Shown piece by piece: positions 36,283 to 49,800 of a stretch of DNA of 64,000 nt. The position numbers and the translations under genes were made by a program. Under the pieces are notes generated by a model. That model searched no databases. It was not told the DNA's origin and worked only from the letters and a program-made list of their open reading frames with translations. The number at the start of each line of letters is the position of its first letter. Position 1 is the first letter of the stretch. Origin of the DNA: Nemertoderma westbladi (Eukaryota; Animalia; Xenacoelomorpha); the NCBI GenBank assembly GCA_032718475.1, contig JAUCBJ010005407.1, positions 1-64,000 on the forward strand, read 5' to 3'.

Positions 36283-39200
36283 CTCAGCTGCCCGGAGCCG
36301 GTTGCAGGTTCAGCTGCCCGGAGCCGGTTGCCGGCTCAGCTGCCCGGAGCCGGTTGCCGGTTCAGCTGCCCAGAGCCGGTTGCCGGTTCAGCTGCCCGGA
36401 GCCGGTTGCCGGCTCAGCTGCCCGGAGCCGGTTGCCGGTTCAGCTGCCCAGAGCCGGTTGCCGGTTCAGCTGCCCAGAGCCGGTTGCCGGTTTAGCTGCC
36501 CGGAGCCGGTTCAGCTGCCCGGAGCCGGTTCAGCTGCCCGGAGCCGGTTGCCAGTTCAGCTGCCCGGAGCCGGTTGCCGGTTCAGCTGCCCGGAGCCGGT
36601 TGCCGGTTCAGCTGCCCAGAGCCGGTTGCCGGTTCAGCTGCCCAGAGCCGGTTGCCGGTTCAGCTGCCCAGAGCCGGTTGCCGGTTTAGCTGCCCTGAGC
36701 CGGTTGCAGGTTCAGCTGCCCGGAGCCGGTTCAGCTGCCCGGAGCCGGTTGCCGGTTCAGCTGCCCAGAGCCGGTTGCCGGTTCAGCTGCCCAGAGCCGG
36801 TTGCCGGTTCAGCTGCCCGGAGCCGGTTGCCGGTTTAGCTGCCCTGAGCCGGTTGCAGGTTCAGCTGCCCGGAGCCGGTTCAGCTGCCCGGAGCCGGTTC
36901 AGCTGCCCGGAGCCGGTTCAGCTGCCCGGAGCCGGTTGCCAGTTCAGCTGCCCAGAGCCGGTTGCCGGTTCAGCTGCCCAGAGCCGGTTGCCGGTTTAGC
37001 TGCCCTGAGCCGGTTGCAGGTTCAGCTGCCCGGAGCCGGTTCAGCTGCCCGGAGCCGGTTCAGCTGCCCTGAGCCGGTTGCAGGTTCAGCTGCCCAGAGC
37101 CGGTTCAGCTGCCCGGAGCTGGTTCAGCTGCCCGGAGCCGGTTGCAGGTTTAGCTGCCCAGAGCCGGTTCAGCTGCCCGGAGCTGGTTCAGCTGCCCGGA
37201 GCCGGTTGCTGGCTCAGCTGCCCAGAGCCGGTTGCCGGTTCAGCTGCCCGGAGTCGGTTGCTGGCTCAGCTGCCCAGAGCCAGTTGCCGGCTCAGCTGCC
37301 CAGAGCCGGTTGCAGATTCAGCTGCCCGGAGCCGGTTGCCGGCTCAGCTTCCCGGAGCCGGTTGCCGGTTCAGCTGCCCAGAGCCGGTTGCCGGTTCAGC
37401 TGCCCGGAGCCGGTTGCCGGTTCAGCTGCCCAGAGCCGGTTCAGCTGCACGGAGCCAGTTGCCGGTTCAGTTGCCCAGAGCCGGTTGCCAGTTCAGCTGC
37501 CCGAGGCCGGTTGCCGGTTCAGCTGCCCAGAGCCGGTTGCCGGTTCAGCTGCCGGGAGCCGGTTCAGCTGCCCGGAGCTGGTTGCAGGTTCAGCTGCCCA
37601 GAGCCGGTTCAGCTGCCCGGAGCCAGTTGCAGGTTCAGCTGCCCAGAGCCGGTTCAGCTGCCTGGAGCTGGTTCAGCTGCCCTGAGCCGGTTCAGTTGCC
37701 CAGAGCTGGTTGCCGGTTCAGAGGCCCAAAGCCGGTTGCCGGTTCAGCTGCCCAGAGCCAGTTGCCGGCTCAGCTGCCCGGAGCCAGTTCAGCTGCCCGG
37801 AGCCGGTTGCCGGTTCAGCTGCCCGGAGCCGGTTGCAGGTTCAGCTGCCCGGAGCTGGTTCAGCTGCCCGGAGCTGGTTCAGCTGCCCGGAGCCGGTTGC
37901 AGGTTCAGCTGCCCAGAGCCGGTTCAGCTGCCCGGAGCCGGTTGCCGGTTCAGCTGCCCAGAGTCGGTTGCTGGCTCAGCTGCCCGGAGCCAGTTGCTGG
38001 CTCAGCTGCCCAGAGCCGGTTGCCGGCTCAGCTGCCCGGAACCGGTTGCAAGTTCAGCTGCCCAGAGCCGGTTCAGCTGCCCGGAGCCGGTTGCCGGTTC
38101 AGTTGCCCAGAGCTGGTTGCCGGTTCAGCTGACCGGAGCTGGTTCAGCTGCCCAGAGCCGGTTGCCGGCTCAGCTGCCCGGAGCCAGTTCAGCTGCCCGG
38201 AGCCGGTTCAGCTGCCTGGAGCCGGTTGCCGGTTCAGCAGACCGGAGCCGGTTGCAGGTTCAGCTGCCCGGAGCCAGTTGCCGGTTCAGCTGCACGGAGC
38301 CGGTTCAGCTGCCCGGAGCCGGTTCAGCTGCCCAGAGCCGGTTCAGCTGCCCGGAGCCGGTTGCTGGCTCAGCTGCCCGGAGCCAGTTGCCGGCTCAGCT
38401 GCCCAGAGCCAGTTGCAGGTTCAGCTGCCCGGAGCCGGTTGCCGGCTCAGCTGCCCGGAGCCGGTTGCAGGTTCAGCTGCCCGGAGCAGGTTCAGCTGCC
38501 CGGAGCCGGTTGCCGGTTCAGTTGCCCAGAGCCTGTTGCTGGTTCAGCTGCCCGAAGCTGGTTGCCAGTTCAGCTACCCAGAGCCGGTTGCCGGCTCAGC
38601 TGCCCGGAACCGGTTCAGCTGCCCGGAGCCAGTTGCTGGCTCAGCTGCCCGGAGCCGGTTGCAGGTTCAGCTGCCCAGAGCCGGTTGCAGGTTCAGCTGC
38701 CCGGAGCCGGTTCAGCTGCCCAGAGCCGGTTGTAGGTTCAGCTGCCCAGAGCCGGTTCAGCTGCCCGGAGCTGGTTCAGCTGCCTGGAGCCGGTTGCCGG
38801 CTCAGCTGCCCAGAGCTGGTTGCCGGTTCAGCTGCCCGGAGTCGGTTGCTGGCTCAGCTGCACGGAGTCGGTTGCTGGCTCAGCTGCCCGGAGCCAGTTG
38901 CCGGCTCAGCCGCCCGGAGCCGGTTGCAGGTTCAGCTGCCTGGAGCCGGTTGCCAGCTCAGCTGCCCGGAGCCGGTTGCAGGTTCAGCTGCCCAGAGCTG
39001 GTTCAGCTGCCCGGAGCCGGTTGCCGGTTCAGTTGCCCAGAGCCAGTTGCCGGTTCAGCTGCCCAGAGCCGGTTGCCGCTTCAGCTGCCCAGAGCCGGTT
39101 CAGCTTCCCGGAGCCGGTTCAGCTGCCCGGAGCCGGTTGCCGGTTCAGTTGCCCAGAGCCGGTTCAGCTGCCTGGAGCTGGTTCAGCTGCCCGGAGCCGG

Positions 39201-39680
39201 TTGCCAGTTCAGCTGCCCAGAGCCGGTTGCCGGTTCAGCTGCCCGGAGCCGGTTGCCGGTTCAGCTGCCCAGAGCCGGTTTAGCTGCCCGGAGCCGGTTG
39301 CAGGTTCAGCTGCCCAGAGCCGGTTCAGCTGCCCGGAGCTGGTTCAGCTGCCCGGAGCCGGTTGCCGGTTCAGCTGCCAGGAGCCGGTTGCCGGTTCAGC
39401 TGCCCGGGGTCGGTTGCTGGATCAGCTGCCCGGAGCCAGTTGCCGGCTCAGCTGCCCGGAGCCGGTTGCAGGTTCAGCTGCCCAGAGCCGGTTGCCGGCT
39501 CAGCTGCCCGGAGCCGGTTGCAGGTTCAGCTGCCCGGAGCCGGTTGCCGGTTCAGTTGCCGGCTCAGCTGCCCGGAGCCGGTTCAGCTGCCCGGAGCCGG
39601 TTGCCGGTTCAGCTGCCTGGAGCCGGTTCAGCTGCCCGGAGCCAGTTGCCGGCTCAGCTACCCAGAGCCGGTTGCCGGTT
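36283..39680. repeat. GC-rich satellite of mixed 26-bp (GGTTCAGCTGCCCGGAGCCGGTTGCC) and 19-bp (GGTTCAGCTGCCCGGAGCC) units, ~3.4 kb
   Basis: Read directly. A 19-bp core carries an optional 7-bp GGTTGCC module. The 26-aa periodicity of the ORFs in all three frames reflects a 26-bp unit. Confidence 0.96.
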
Positions 39681-40259
39681 GGCCTATTTCAAAATTTCGC
39701 TACTGGATGGATTCATTGATTGATTTTCTTTTCCAAATTAACATTAAAAACAAATTAAACACATGATTTACCACGGTTCCGGTAATAAAGTTTAAAATAT
39801 GTAAGTTAATGAATGTTAGGTCATGAACCGAGAGTAATTCCTGGTGATACAAACATATTTATATTGTAGAGGAGACACTACATAAACAACTACTGTAGGT
39901 CATTTATTAGCCATAAATAAGTTCCTGGTGGTGTGGCGTTGGGATAAAGTCAAATTAAATTAAATAAGCATACTAAAAAATCTAAAAAAGTTTAAAGACT
40001 GCTAAAAAATAAATTTGTCGGGCCCCTAAAAAATATATTGTTACTAAATTAAAAATTACTGACTCTGAAAATATGATTATTAAAATTAAAGACAGCTGAA
40101 AGATATTATTACTACCACATTAATTAAAAATCAAGCTTAAATTAAATTTATACTGTACAGTATAGTCGTTGCAGCAATTAATTGTGTTCATTAAAAAGTT
40201 TTACAACCATTCGTTAAAACAAGAGAAAACGATGAAATTGAAGAAATACATTATTATTG

Positions 40260-40826
40260 TAGGTTTGAAAAGATTAGATGTTATACTGTAGTTGCACCAA
40301 TTAAGTGATCGTTAAGGTGGAGGCATAGCCTTATGCGGTAGACCGGGTTTCCATAAGGGTCCCGGTGAATAAATACACATGTGAGATGAGTTAGTTGTAA
40401 GTAAACTGGTGAAAAGAGAGATTAAGTTAAATGTGTCGCTGATGTAGAGCACAACACCGAGAATGGAACCCTGGGGGCTGGGGAACCCCATTGTCGTTTG
40501 GCAGACGGCTGGAATGCGTTTCTCCTATGGCAACGTATTGTTCTCGATTTGACAGATAAGATTCAAACCAGTTGCGGGTGTTCTGTGTAGCTCCCATCGC
40601 CCCAAGCTTTTATATGACAGTTTGGCGATCTACACAATCAAATGCTTTACTTAAGTTAATTAGCACCATTCCAGTAAGCAGTCCTTTATACGTACGTATA
40701 TGATTATCTTATAACAAAGGCGAAGACTCAGTTGAACATCCTTGCCAATAACTAGACTGTAACGAATTTATAATGTTATTGGAAACCAAGTAATACATAC
40801 ATTGGTCGTATATGATGCCTTCTAGC
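40260..40826 (-). mobile_element. Degraded reverse-transcriptase fragment of an L2/Crack/CR1-group LINE
   Basis: Manual minus-strand translation reads LEGIIYDQ...LQSSYWQGCSTE...GLLTGMVLINLSKAFDCVD...*KL...NWFESYLSNREQYV...GVPQ/GSILG..LYISD, with stops and frameshifts. Confidence 0.85.
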
Positions 40827-40885
40827 TCTATGATGACGGATGCGCGGCTCTATGACGGATGCGCTCTATGATGAATAATGCCGAA

Positions 40886-43800
40886 AGTTACCACAAACTA
40901 GGTTGGATTTTTTTACTTATGAGTCGGATTTAGCCACGAAACAGGTTGGATCATTTTTTTCTTGTAAGTAGGATTTAGTTACCACGAAACAGGTTGGATC
41001 CTTTTTTCTTATGAGTCGGATTGAGCCACGAAACAGGTTGAATCCTTTTTTCTTGTAAGTAGGATTTAGCCACGAAACAGGTTGGATCCTTTTTTCATGC
41101 AAGTAGGATTTAGCCACGAACCAGGTTGGATCCTTTTTTCTTGTAAGTAGGATTTAGCCACGAAACAGGTTGGATCCTTTTTTTTTGTAAGTAGGATTTA
41201 GTTACCACGAAACAGGTTGGATCCTTTTTTTTGTAAGTAGGATTTAGCCACGAAACAGGTTGGATCCTTTTTTCTTGCAAGTAGGATTTAGCCACGAACC
41301 AGGTTGGATCCTTTTTTCTTGTAAGTAGGATTTAGCCACGAATCAGGTTGGATCCTTTTTTTTTGTAAGTAGGATTTAGTTACCACGAAACAGGTTGGAT
41401 CCTTTTTTTTGTAAGTCGGATTAAGCCACGAAACAGGTTGGATCCGTTTTTCTTATGAGTCGGATTTAGCCACGAAACAGGTTGGATCCTTTTTTTGTAA
41501 GTAGGATTTAGTTACCACGAAACAGGTTGGATCCTTTTTTTTGTAAGTAGGATTTAGCCACGAAACAGGTTGGATCCTTTTTTCTTGCAAGTAGGATTTA
41601 GCCACGAAACAGGTTTGATCCTTTTTTCTTGCAAGTAGGATTTAGCCATGAACCAGGTTGGATCCTTTTTTCTTGTAAGTAGGATTTAGCCACGAAACAG
41701 GTTGGATCCTTTTTTTTTGTAAGTAGGATTTAGTTACCACGAAACAGGTTGGATCCTTTTTTTTTGTAAGTCGGATTAAGCCACGAAACAGGTTGGAACC
41801 TTTTTTCTTATGAGTCGGATTTAGCCACGAAACAGGTTGGATCCTTTTTTTGTAAGTAGGATTTAGTTACCACGAAACAGGTTGGATCCTTTTTTTTTGT
41901 AAGTCGGATTTAGCCACGAAACAGGTTGGATCCTTTTTTCTTGTAAGTATGATTTAGCCATGAAACAGGTTGGATTCTTTTTTCTTATGAGTCGGATTTA
42001 GCCACAAAACAGGTTGGATCCTTTTTTTTGTAAGTAGGATTTAGTTACCACGAAACAGGTTGGATCCTTTTTTCTTGTAAGTAGGATTTAGCCACGAAAC
42101 AGGTAGGATCCTTTTTTCTTGTAAGTAGGATTTAGCCACGAACCAGGTTGGATCCTTTTTTCTTGTAAGTTACCACGAACCAGGTTGGATCTTTTTTCTT
42201 GTAAGAAGGATTTAGCCACAAACCAGGTTGGATCCTTTCTTCTTGTAAGTTACCACGAACCAGGTTGGATCCTTTTTTCTTGTAAGTAGGATTTAGCCAC
42301 GAACCAGGTTGGATGCTTTTTTCTTGTAAGTAGGATTTAGCCACGAAACAGGTAGGATCCTTTTTTCTTGTAAGTAGCCATGAACCAGGTTGGATCCTTT
42401 TTTCTTGTAAGTTACCACTAAACAGATTGGATCCTTTTTCTTGTAAGTAGGATTTAGCCACAAACCAGGTTGGATCCTTTTTTCTTATAAGTTACCACGA
42501 ACCAGGTTGGATCCTTTTTCTTGTAAGTAGGATTTAGCCACAAACCAGGTTGGATCCTTTTTTCTTGTAAGTTACCACGAACCAGGTTGGATCCTTTTTT
42601 CTTGTAAGTAGGATTTAGCCACGAACCAGGTTGGATCCTTTTTTCTTGTAGGTAGGATTTAGCCATGAACCAGGTTGGATCCTTTTTTCTTGTAGGTAGG
42701 ATTTAGCCACGAACCAGGTTGGATTCATTTTTCTTGTAAGTAGGATTTAGCCACGAACCAGGTTGGATCCTTTTTTCTTGTAAGTTACCACGAACCAGGT
42801 TGGATCCTTGTTTCTTGTAAGTAGGATTTAGTCACGAACCAGGTTGGATCCTTTTTTCTTGTAGGTAGGATTTATCCACGCACCAGGTTGGATTCATTTT
42901 TCTTGTAAGTAGGATTTAGCCACGAACCAGGTTGGATCCTTTTTTCTTGTAAGTTACCACGAACCAGGTTGGATCCTTTTTTCTTGTAAGTTACCACGAA
43001 CCAGGTTGGATCCTTTTTTCTTGTAAGTAGGATTTAGCCACGAACCAGGTTGGATCCTTTTTTCTTGTAGGTAGGATTTAGCCACGAACCAGGTTGGATC
43101 CTTTTTTCTTGTAGGTAGGATTTAGCCACGAAACAGGTTGGATCCTTTTTTCTTGTAAGTAGGATTTATCCACGAACCAGGTTGGATCCTTTTTTCTTGT
43201 AGGTAGGATTTAGCCACGAAACAGGTAGGATCCTTTTTTCTTGTAAGTTACCACGAACCAGGTTGGATCCTTTTTTCTTGTAAGTAGGATTTAGCCACGA
43301 ACCAGGTTGGATCCCTTTTTCTTGTAAGTAGGATTTAGCCACGAAACAGGTAGGATCCTTTTTTCTTGTAAGTAGCATTTAGCCACGAACCAGGTTGGAT
43401 CCTTTTTTCTTGTAAGTTACCGGTACCACTAAACAGATTGGATCCTTTTTCTTGTAAGTAGGATTTAGCCACAAACCAGGTTGGATCCTTTTTTCTGGTA
43501 AGTTACCACGAACCAGGTTGGATCCTTTTTCTTGTAAGTAGGATTTAGCCACAAACCAGGTTGGATCCTTTTTTCTTGTAGGTAGGATTTAGCCACGCAC
43601 CAGGTTGGATTCATTTTTCTTGTAAGTAGGATTTAGCCACGAACCAGGTTGGATCCTTTTTTCTTGTAAGTTACCACGAACCAGGTTGGATCCTTTTTCT
43701 TGTAAGTAGGATTTAGCCACAAACCAGGTTGGATCCTTTTTTCTTGTAAGTTACCACGAACCTGGTTGGATCCTTTTTTCTTGTAAGTAGGATTTAGCCA

Positions 43801-46800
43801 CGAACCAGGTTGGATCCTTTTTTCTTGTAGGTAGGATTTAGCCACGAACCAGGTTGGATCCTTTTTTCTTGTAGGTAGGATTTAGCCACGAAACAGGTTG
43901 GATCCTTTTTTCTTGTAAGTAGGATTTATCCACGAACCAGGTTGGATCCTTTTTTCTTGTAGGTAGGATTTAGCCACAAACCACGTTGGGTCCATTTTTC
44001 TTGTAGGTAGGATTTAGCCACAAAACAGGTAGGATCCTTTTTTCTTGTAAGTTACCACGAACCAGGTTGGATCCTTTTTTCTTGTAAGTAGGATTTAGCC
44101 ACGAACCAGGTTGGATCCCTTTTTCTTGTAAGTAGGATTTAGCCACGAAACAGGTAGGATCCTTTTTTCTTGTAAGTAGCATTTAGCCACGAACCAGGTT
44201 GGATCCTTTTTTCTTGTAAGTTACCGGTACCACTAAACAGATTGGATCCTTTTTCTTGTAAGTAGGATTTAGCCACAAACCAGGTTGGATCCTTTTTTCT
44301 TGTAAGTTACCACGAACCAGGTTGGATCCTTTTTTCTTGTAAGTAGCATTTAGCCACGAACCAGGTTGGATCCTTTTTTCTTGTAGGTAGGATTTAGCCA
44401 CGAACCAGGTTGGATCCTTTTTTCTTGTAGGTAGGATTTAGCCACGAACCAGGTTGGATCCTTTTTTCTTGTAGGTAGGATTTAGCCACGAACCAGGTTG
44501 GATTCATTTTTCTTATAAGTAGGATTTAGCCACGAGCCAGGTTGGATCCTTTTTTCTTGTAAGTAGGATTTAGCCACGAACCAGGTTGGATCCTTTTTTC
44601 TTGTAAGTTACCGGTACCACTAAACAGATTGGATCCTTTTTCTTGTAAGTAGGATTTAGCCACAAACCAGGTTGGATCCTTTTTTCTTGTAAGTTACCAC
44701 GAACCAGGTTGGATCCTTTTTTCTTGTAAGTAGCATTTAGCCACGAACCAGGTTGGATCCTTTTTTCTTGTAGGTAGGATTTAGCCACGAACCAGGTTGG
44801 ATCCTTTTTTCTTGTAGGTAGGATTTAGCCACGAACCAGGTTGGATCCTTTTTTCTTGTAGGTAGGATTTAGCCACGAACCAGGTTGGATTCATTTTTCT
44901 TATAAGTAGGATTTAGCCACGAGCCAGGTTGGATCCTTTTTTCTTGTAAGTAGGATTTAGCCACGAACCAGGTTGGATCCTTTTTTCTTGTAAGTTACCG
45001 GTACCACTAAACAGATTGGATCCTTTTTCTTGTAAGTAGGATTTAGCCACAAACCAGGTTGGATCCTTTTTTCTTGTAAGTTACCACGAACCAGGTTGGA
45101 TCCTTTTTCTTGTAAGTAGGATTTAGCCACAAACCAGGTTGGATCCTTTTTTCTTGTAAGTTACCACGAACCAGGTTGGATCCTTTTTTCTTGTAAGTAG
45201 GATTTAGCCACGAACCAGGTTGGATCCTTTTTTCTTGTAAGTAGGATTTAGCCACGAAACAGGTAGGATCCTTTTTTCTTGTAAGTAGCCACGAACCAGG
45301 TTGGATCCTTTTTTCTTGTAAGTTACCACTAAACAGATGGATCCTTTTTCTTGTAAGTAGGATTTAGCCACAAACCAGGTTGGATCCTTTTTTCTTGTAA
45401 GTTACCACGAACCAGGTTGGATCCTTTTTCTTGTAAGTAGGATTTAGCCACAAACCAGGTTGGATCCTTTTTTCTTGTAAGTTACCACGAACCAGGTTGG
45501 ATCCTTTTTTCTTGTAAGTAGGATTTAGCCACGAACCAGGTTGGATCCTTTTTTCTTGTAGGTAGGATTTAGCCACGAACCAGGTTGGATCCTTTTTTCT
45601 TGTAGGTAGGATTTAGCCACGAACCAGGTTGGATCTTTTTTCTTGTAGGTAGGATTTAGCCACGCACCAGGTTGGATTCATTTTTCTTGTAAGTAGGATT
45701 TAGCCACAAACCAGGTTGGATCCTTTTTTCTTGTAAGTTACCACGAACCAGGTTGGATCCTTTTTTCTTGTAAGTAGGATTTAGCCACGAACCAGGTTGG
45801 ATCCTTTTTTCTTGTAAGTAGCCACGAACCAGGTTGGATCCTTTTTTCTTGTAAGTTACCACTATAAGATGGATCCTTTTTCTTGTAAGTAGGATTTAGC
45901 CACAAACCAGGTTGGATCCTTTTTTCTTGTAAGTTACCACGAACCAGGTTGGATCCTTTTTCTTGTAAGTAGGATTTAGCCACAAACCAGGTTGGATCCT
46001 TTTTTCTTGTAAGTTACCACGAACCAGGTTGGATCCTTTTTTCTTGTAAGTAGGATTTAGCCACGAACCAGGTTGGATCCTTTTTTCTTGTAAGTAGGAT
46101 TTAGCCACGAAACAGGTAGGATCCTTTTTTCTTGTAAGTAGCCACGAACCAGGTTGGATCCTTTTTTCTTGTAAGTTACCACTAAACAGATGGATCCTTT
46201 TTCTTGTAAGTAGGATTTAGCCACAAACCAGGTTGGATCCTTTTTTCTTGTAAGTTACCACGAACCAGGTTGGATCCTTTTTCTTGTAAGTAGGATTTAG
46301 CCACAAACCAGGTTGGATCCTTTTTTCTTGTAAGTTACCACGAACCAGGTTGGATCCTTTTTTCTTGTAAGTAGGATTTAGCCACGAACCAGGTTGGATC
46401 CTTTTTTCTTGTAGGTAGGATTTAGCCACGAACCAGGTTGGATCCTTTTTTCTTGTAGGTAGGATTTAGCCACGAACCAGGTTGGATCTTTTTTCTTGTA
46501 GGTAGGATTTAGCCACGCACCAGGTTGGATTCATTTTTCTTGTAAGTAGGATTTAGCCACAAACCAGGTTGGATCCTTTTTTCTTGTAAGTTACCACGAA
46601 CCAGGTTGGATCCTTTTTTCTTGTAAGTAGGATTTAGCCACGAACCAGGTTGGATCCTTTTTTCTTGTAAGTAGCCACGAACCAGGTTGGATCCTTTTTT
46701 CTTGTAAGTTACCACTATAAGATGGATCCTTTTTCTTGTAAGTAGGATTTAGCCACAAACCAGGTTGGATCCTTTTTTCTTGTAAGTTACCACGAACCAG

Positions 46801-49800
46801 GTTGGATCCTTTTTCTTGTAAGTAGGATTTAGCCACAAACCAGGTTGGATCCTTTTTTCTTGTAAGTTACCACGAACCAGGTTGGATCCTTTTTTCTTGT
46901 AAGTAGGATTTAGCCACGAACCAGGTTGGATCCTTTTTTCTTGTAGGTAGGATTTAGCCACGAACCAGGTTGGATCCTTTTTTCTTGTAGGTAGGATTTA
47001 GCCACGAACCAGGTTGGATTCATTTTTCTTGTAAGTAGGATTTAGCCACGAACCAGGTTGGATCCTTTTTTCTTGTAAGTTACCACGAACCAGGTTGGAT
47101 CCTTTTTTCTTGTAAGTAGGATTTAGTCACGAACCAGGTTGGATCCTTTTTTCTTGTAGGTAGGATTTAGCCACGCACCAGGTTGGATTCATTTTTCTTG
47201 TAAGTAGGATTTAGCCACGAACCAGGTTGGATCCTTTTTTCTTGTAAGTTACCACGAACCAGGTTGGATCCTTTTTCTTGTAAGTAGGATTTAGCCACAA
47301 ACCAGGTTGGATCCTTTTTTCTTGTAAGTTACAACGAACCAGGTTGGATCCTTTTTTCTTGTAAGTAGGATTTAGCCACGAACCAGGTTGGATCCTTTTT
47401 TCTTGTAGGTAGGATTTAGCCACGAACCAGGTTGGATCCTTTTTTCTTGTAGGTAGGATTTAGCCACGAAACAGGTTGGATCCTTTTTTCTTGTAAGTAG
47501 GATTTATCCACGAACCAGGTTGGATCCTTTTTTCTTGTAGGTAGGATTTAGCCACAAACCAGGTTGGGTCCATTTTTCTTGTAGGTAGGATTTAGCCACG
47601 AAACAGGTAGGATCCTTTTTTCTTGTAAGTTACCACGAACCAGGTTGGATCCTTTTTTCTTGTAAGTAGGATTTAGCCACGAACCAGGTTGGATCCCTTT
47701 TTCTTGTAAGTAGGATTTAGCCACGAAACAGGTAGGATCCTTTTTTCTTGTAAGTAGCATTTAGCCACGAACCAGGTTCGATCCTTTTTTCTTGTAAGTT
47801 ACCGGTACCACTAAACAGATTGGATCCTTTTTCTTGTAAGTAGGATTTAGCCACAAACCAGGTTGGATCCTTTTTTCTTGTAAGTTACCACGAACCAGGT
47901 TGGATCCTTTTTCTTGTAAGTAGGATTTAGCCACAAACCAGGTTGGATCCTTTTTTCTTGTAAGTTACCACGAACCAGGTTGGATCCTTTTTTCTTGTAA
48001 GTAGGATTTAGCCACGAACCAGGTTGGATCCTTTTTTCTTGTAAGTAGGATTTAGCCACGAAACAGGTAGGATCCTTTTTTCTTGTAAGTAGCCACGAAC
48101 CAGGTTGGATCCTTTTTTCTTGTAAGTTACCACTAAACAGATGGATCCTTTTTCTTGTAAGTAGGATTTAGCCACAAACCAGGTTGGATCCTTTTTTCTT
48201 GTAAGTTACCACGAACCAGGTTGGATCCTTTTTTCTTGTAAGTAGGATTTAGCCACGAACCAGGTTGGATCCTTTTTTCTTGTAGGTAGGATTTAGCCAC
48301 GAACCAGGTTGGATCCTTTTTTCTTGTAGGTAGGATTTAGCCACGAACCAGGTTGGATTCATTTTTCTTATAAGTAGGATTTAGCCACGAACCAGGTTGG
48401 ATCCTTTTTTCTTGTAAGTAGGATTTAGCCACGAACCAGGTTGGATCTTTTTTCTTGTAGGTAGGATTTAGCCACGCACCAGGTTGGATTCATTTTTCTT
48501 GTAAGTAGGATTTAGCCACGAACCAGGTTGGATCCTTTTTTCTTGTAAGTTACCACGAACCAGGTTGGATCCTTTTTCTTGTAAGTAGGATTTAGCCACA
48601 AGCCAGGTTGGATCCTTTTTTCTTGTAAGTTACCAAGAACCAGGTTGGATCCTTTTTTCTTGTAAGTAGGATTTAGCCACGAACCAGGTTGGATCCTTTT
48701 TTCTTGTAGGTAGGATTTAGCCACGAACCAGGTTGGATCCTTTTTTCTTGTAGGTAGGATTTAGCCACGAAACAGGTTGGATCCTTTTTTCTTGTAAGTA
48801 GGATTTATCCACGAACCAGGTTGGATCCTTTTTTCTTGTAGGTAGGAATTAGCCACGAACCAGGTTGGATCCTTTTTTCTTGTAGGTAGGATTTAGCCAC
48901 GAACCAGGTTGGATCCTTTTTTCTTGTAAGTTACCACGAACCAGGTTGGATCCTTTTTTCTCGTAAGTAGGATTTAGCCACGAACCAGATGGGTCCTTTT
49001 TTTTGTAAGTAGGATTTAGCCACGAACCAGGTAGGATCCTTTTTTCTTGTAAGTAGGATTTAGCCACGAACCAGATGGGTCCTTTTTTTTGTAGGTAGGA
49101 TTTAGCCACGAACCAGGTAGGATCCTTTTTTCTTGTAAGTAGGATTCAGCCACGAACCAGGTTGGATCCTTTTTTCTTGTAAGTTACCACGAACCAGGTT
49201 GGATCCTTTTTTCTTGTAAGTAGGATTTAGCCACGAACCAGATGGGTCCTTTTTTTTGTAAGTAGGATTTAGCCACGAACCAGGTAGGATCCTTTTTCCT
49301 TGTAAGTTACCAGGAACCAGGTTGGATCCTTTTTTCTTGTAAGTAGGATTTAGCCACGAACCAGATTGGTCCTTTTTTTTGTAAGTAGGATTTAGCCACG
49401 AACCAGGTAGGATCCTTTTTTCTTGTAAGTAGGATTTAGCCACGAACCAGGTAGGATCCTTTTTTCTTGTAAGTTGGATTTAGCCACGAACCAGGTTGGA
49501 TCCTTTTTTCTTGTAAGTTACCACGAACCAGGTTGGATCCTTTTTTTTTGTAAGTAGGATTTAGCCACGAACCAGGTTGGATCCTTTTTTCTTGTAGGTA
49601 GGATTTAGCCACAAACAAGGTTGGATCCTTTTTTCTTGTAAGTTACCACGAACCAGGTTGGATCCTTTTTTCTTGTAAGTAGGATTTAGCCATGAACCAG
49701 GTTGGATCCTTTTTTTTCGTAAGTAGGATTTAGCCACGAACCAGGTAGGATCCTTTTTTCTTGTAGGTAGGATTTAGCCACGAAGAAGGTTGGATCCTTT

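Noticed and set aside
36180-39766. Long Cys/Pro/Ala-rich ORFs (up to 881 aa)
   Set aside because: These are translations of the 26/19-bp satellite. Unit lengths are not multiples of 3 and all frames give the same peptide.
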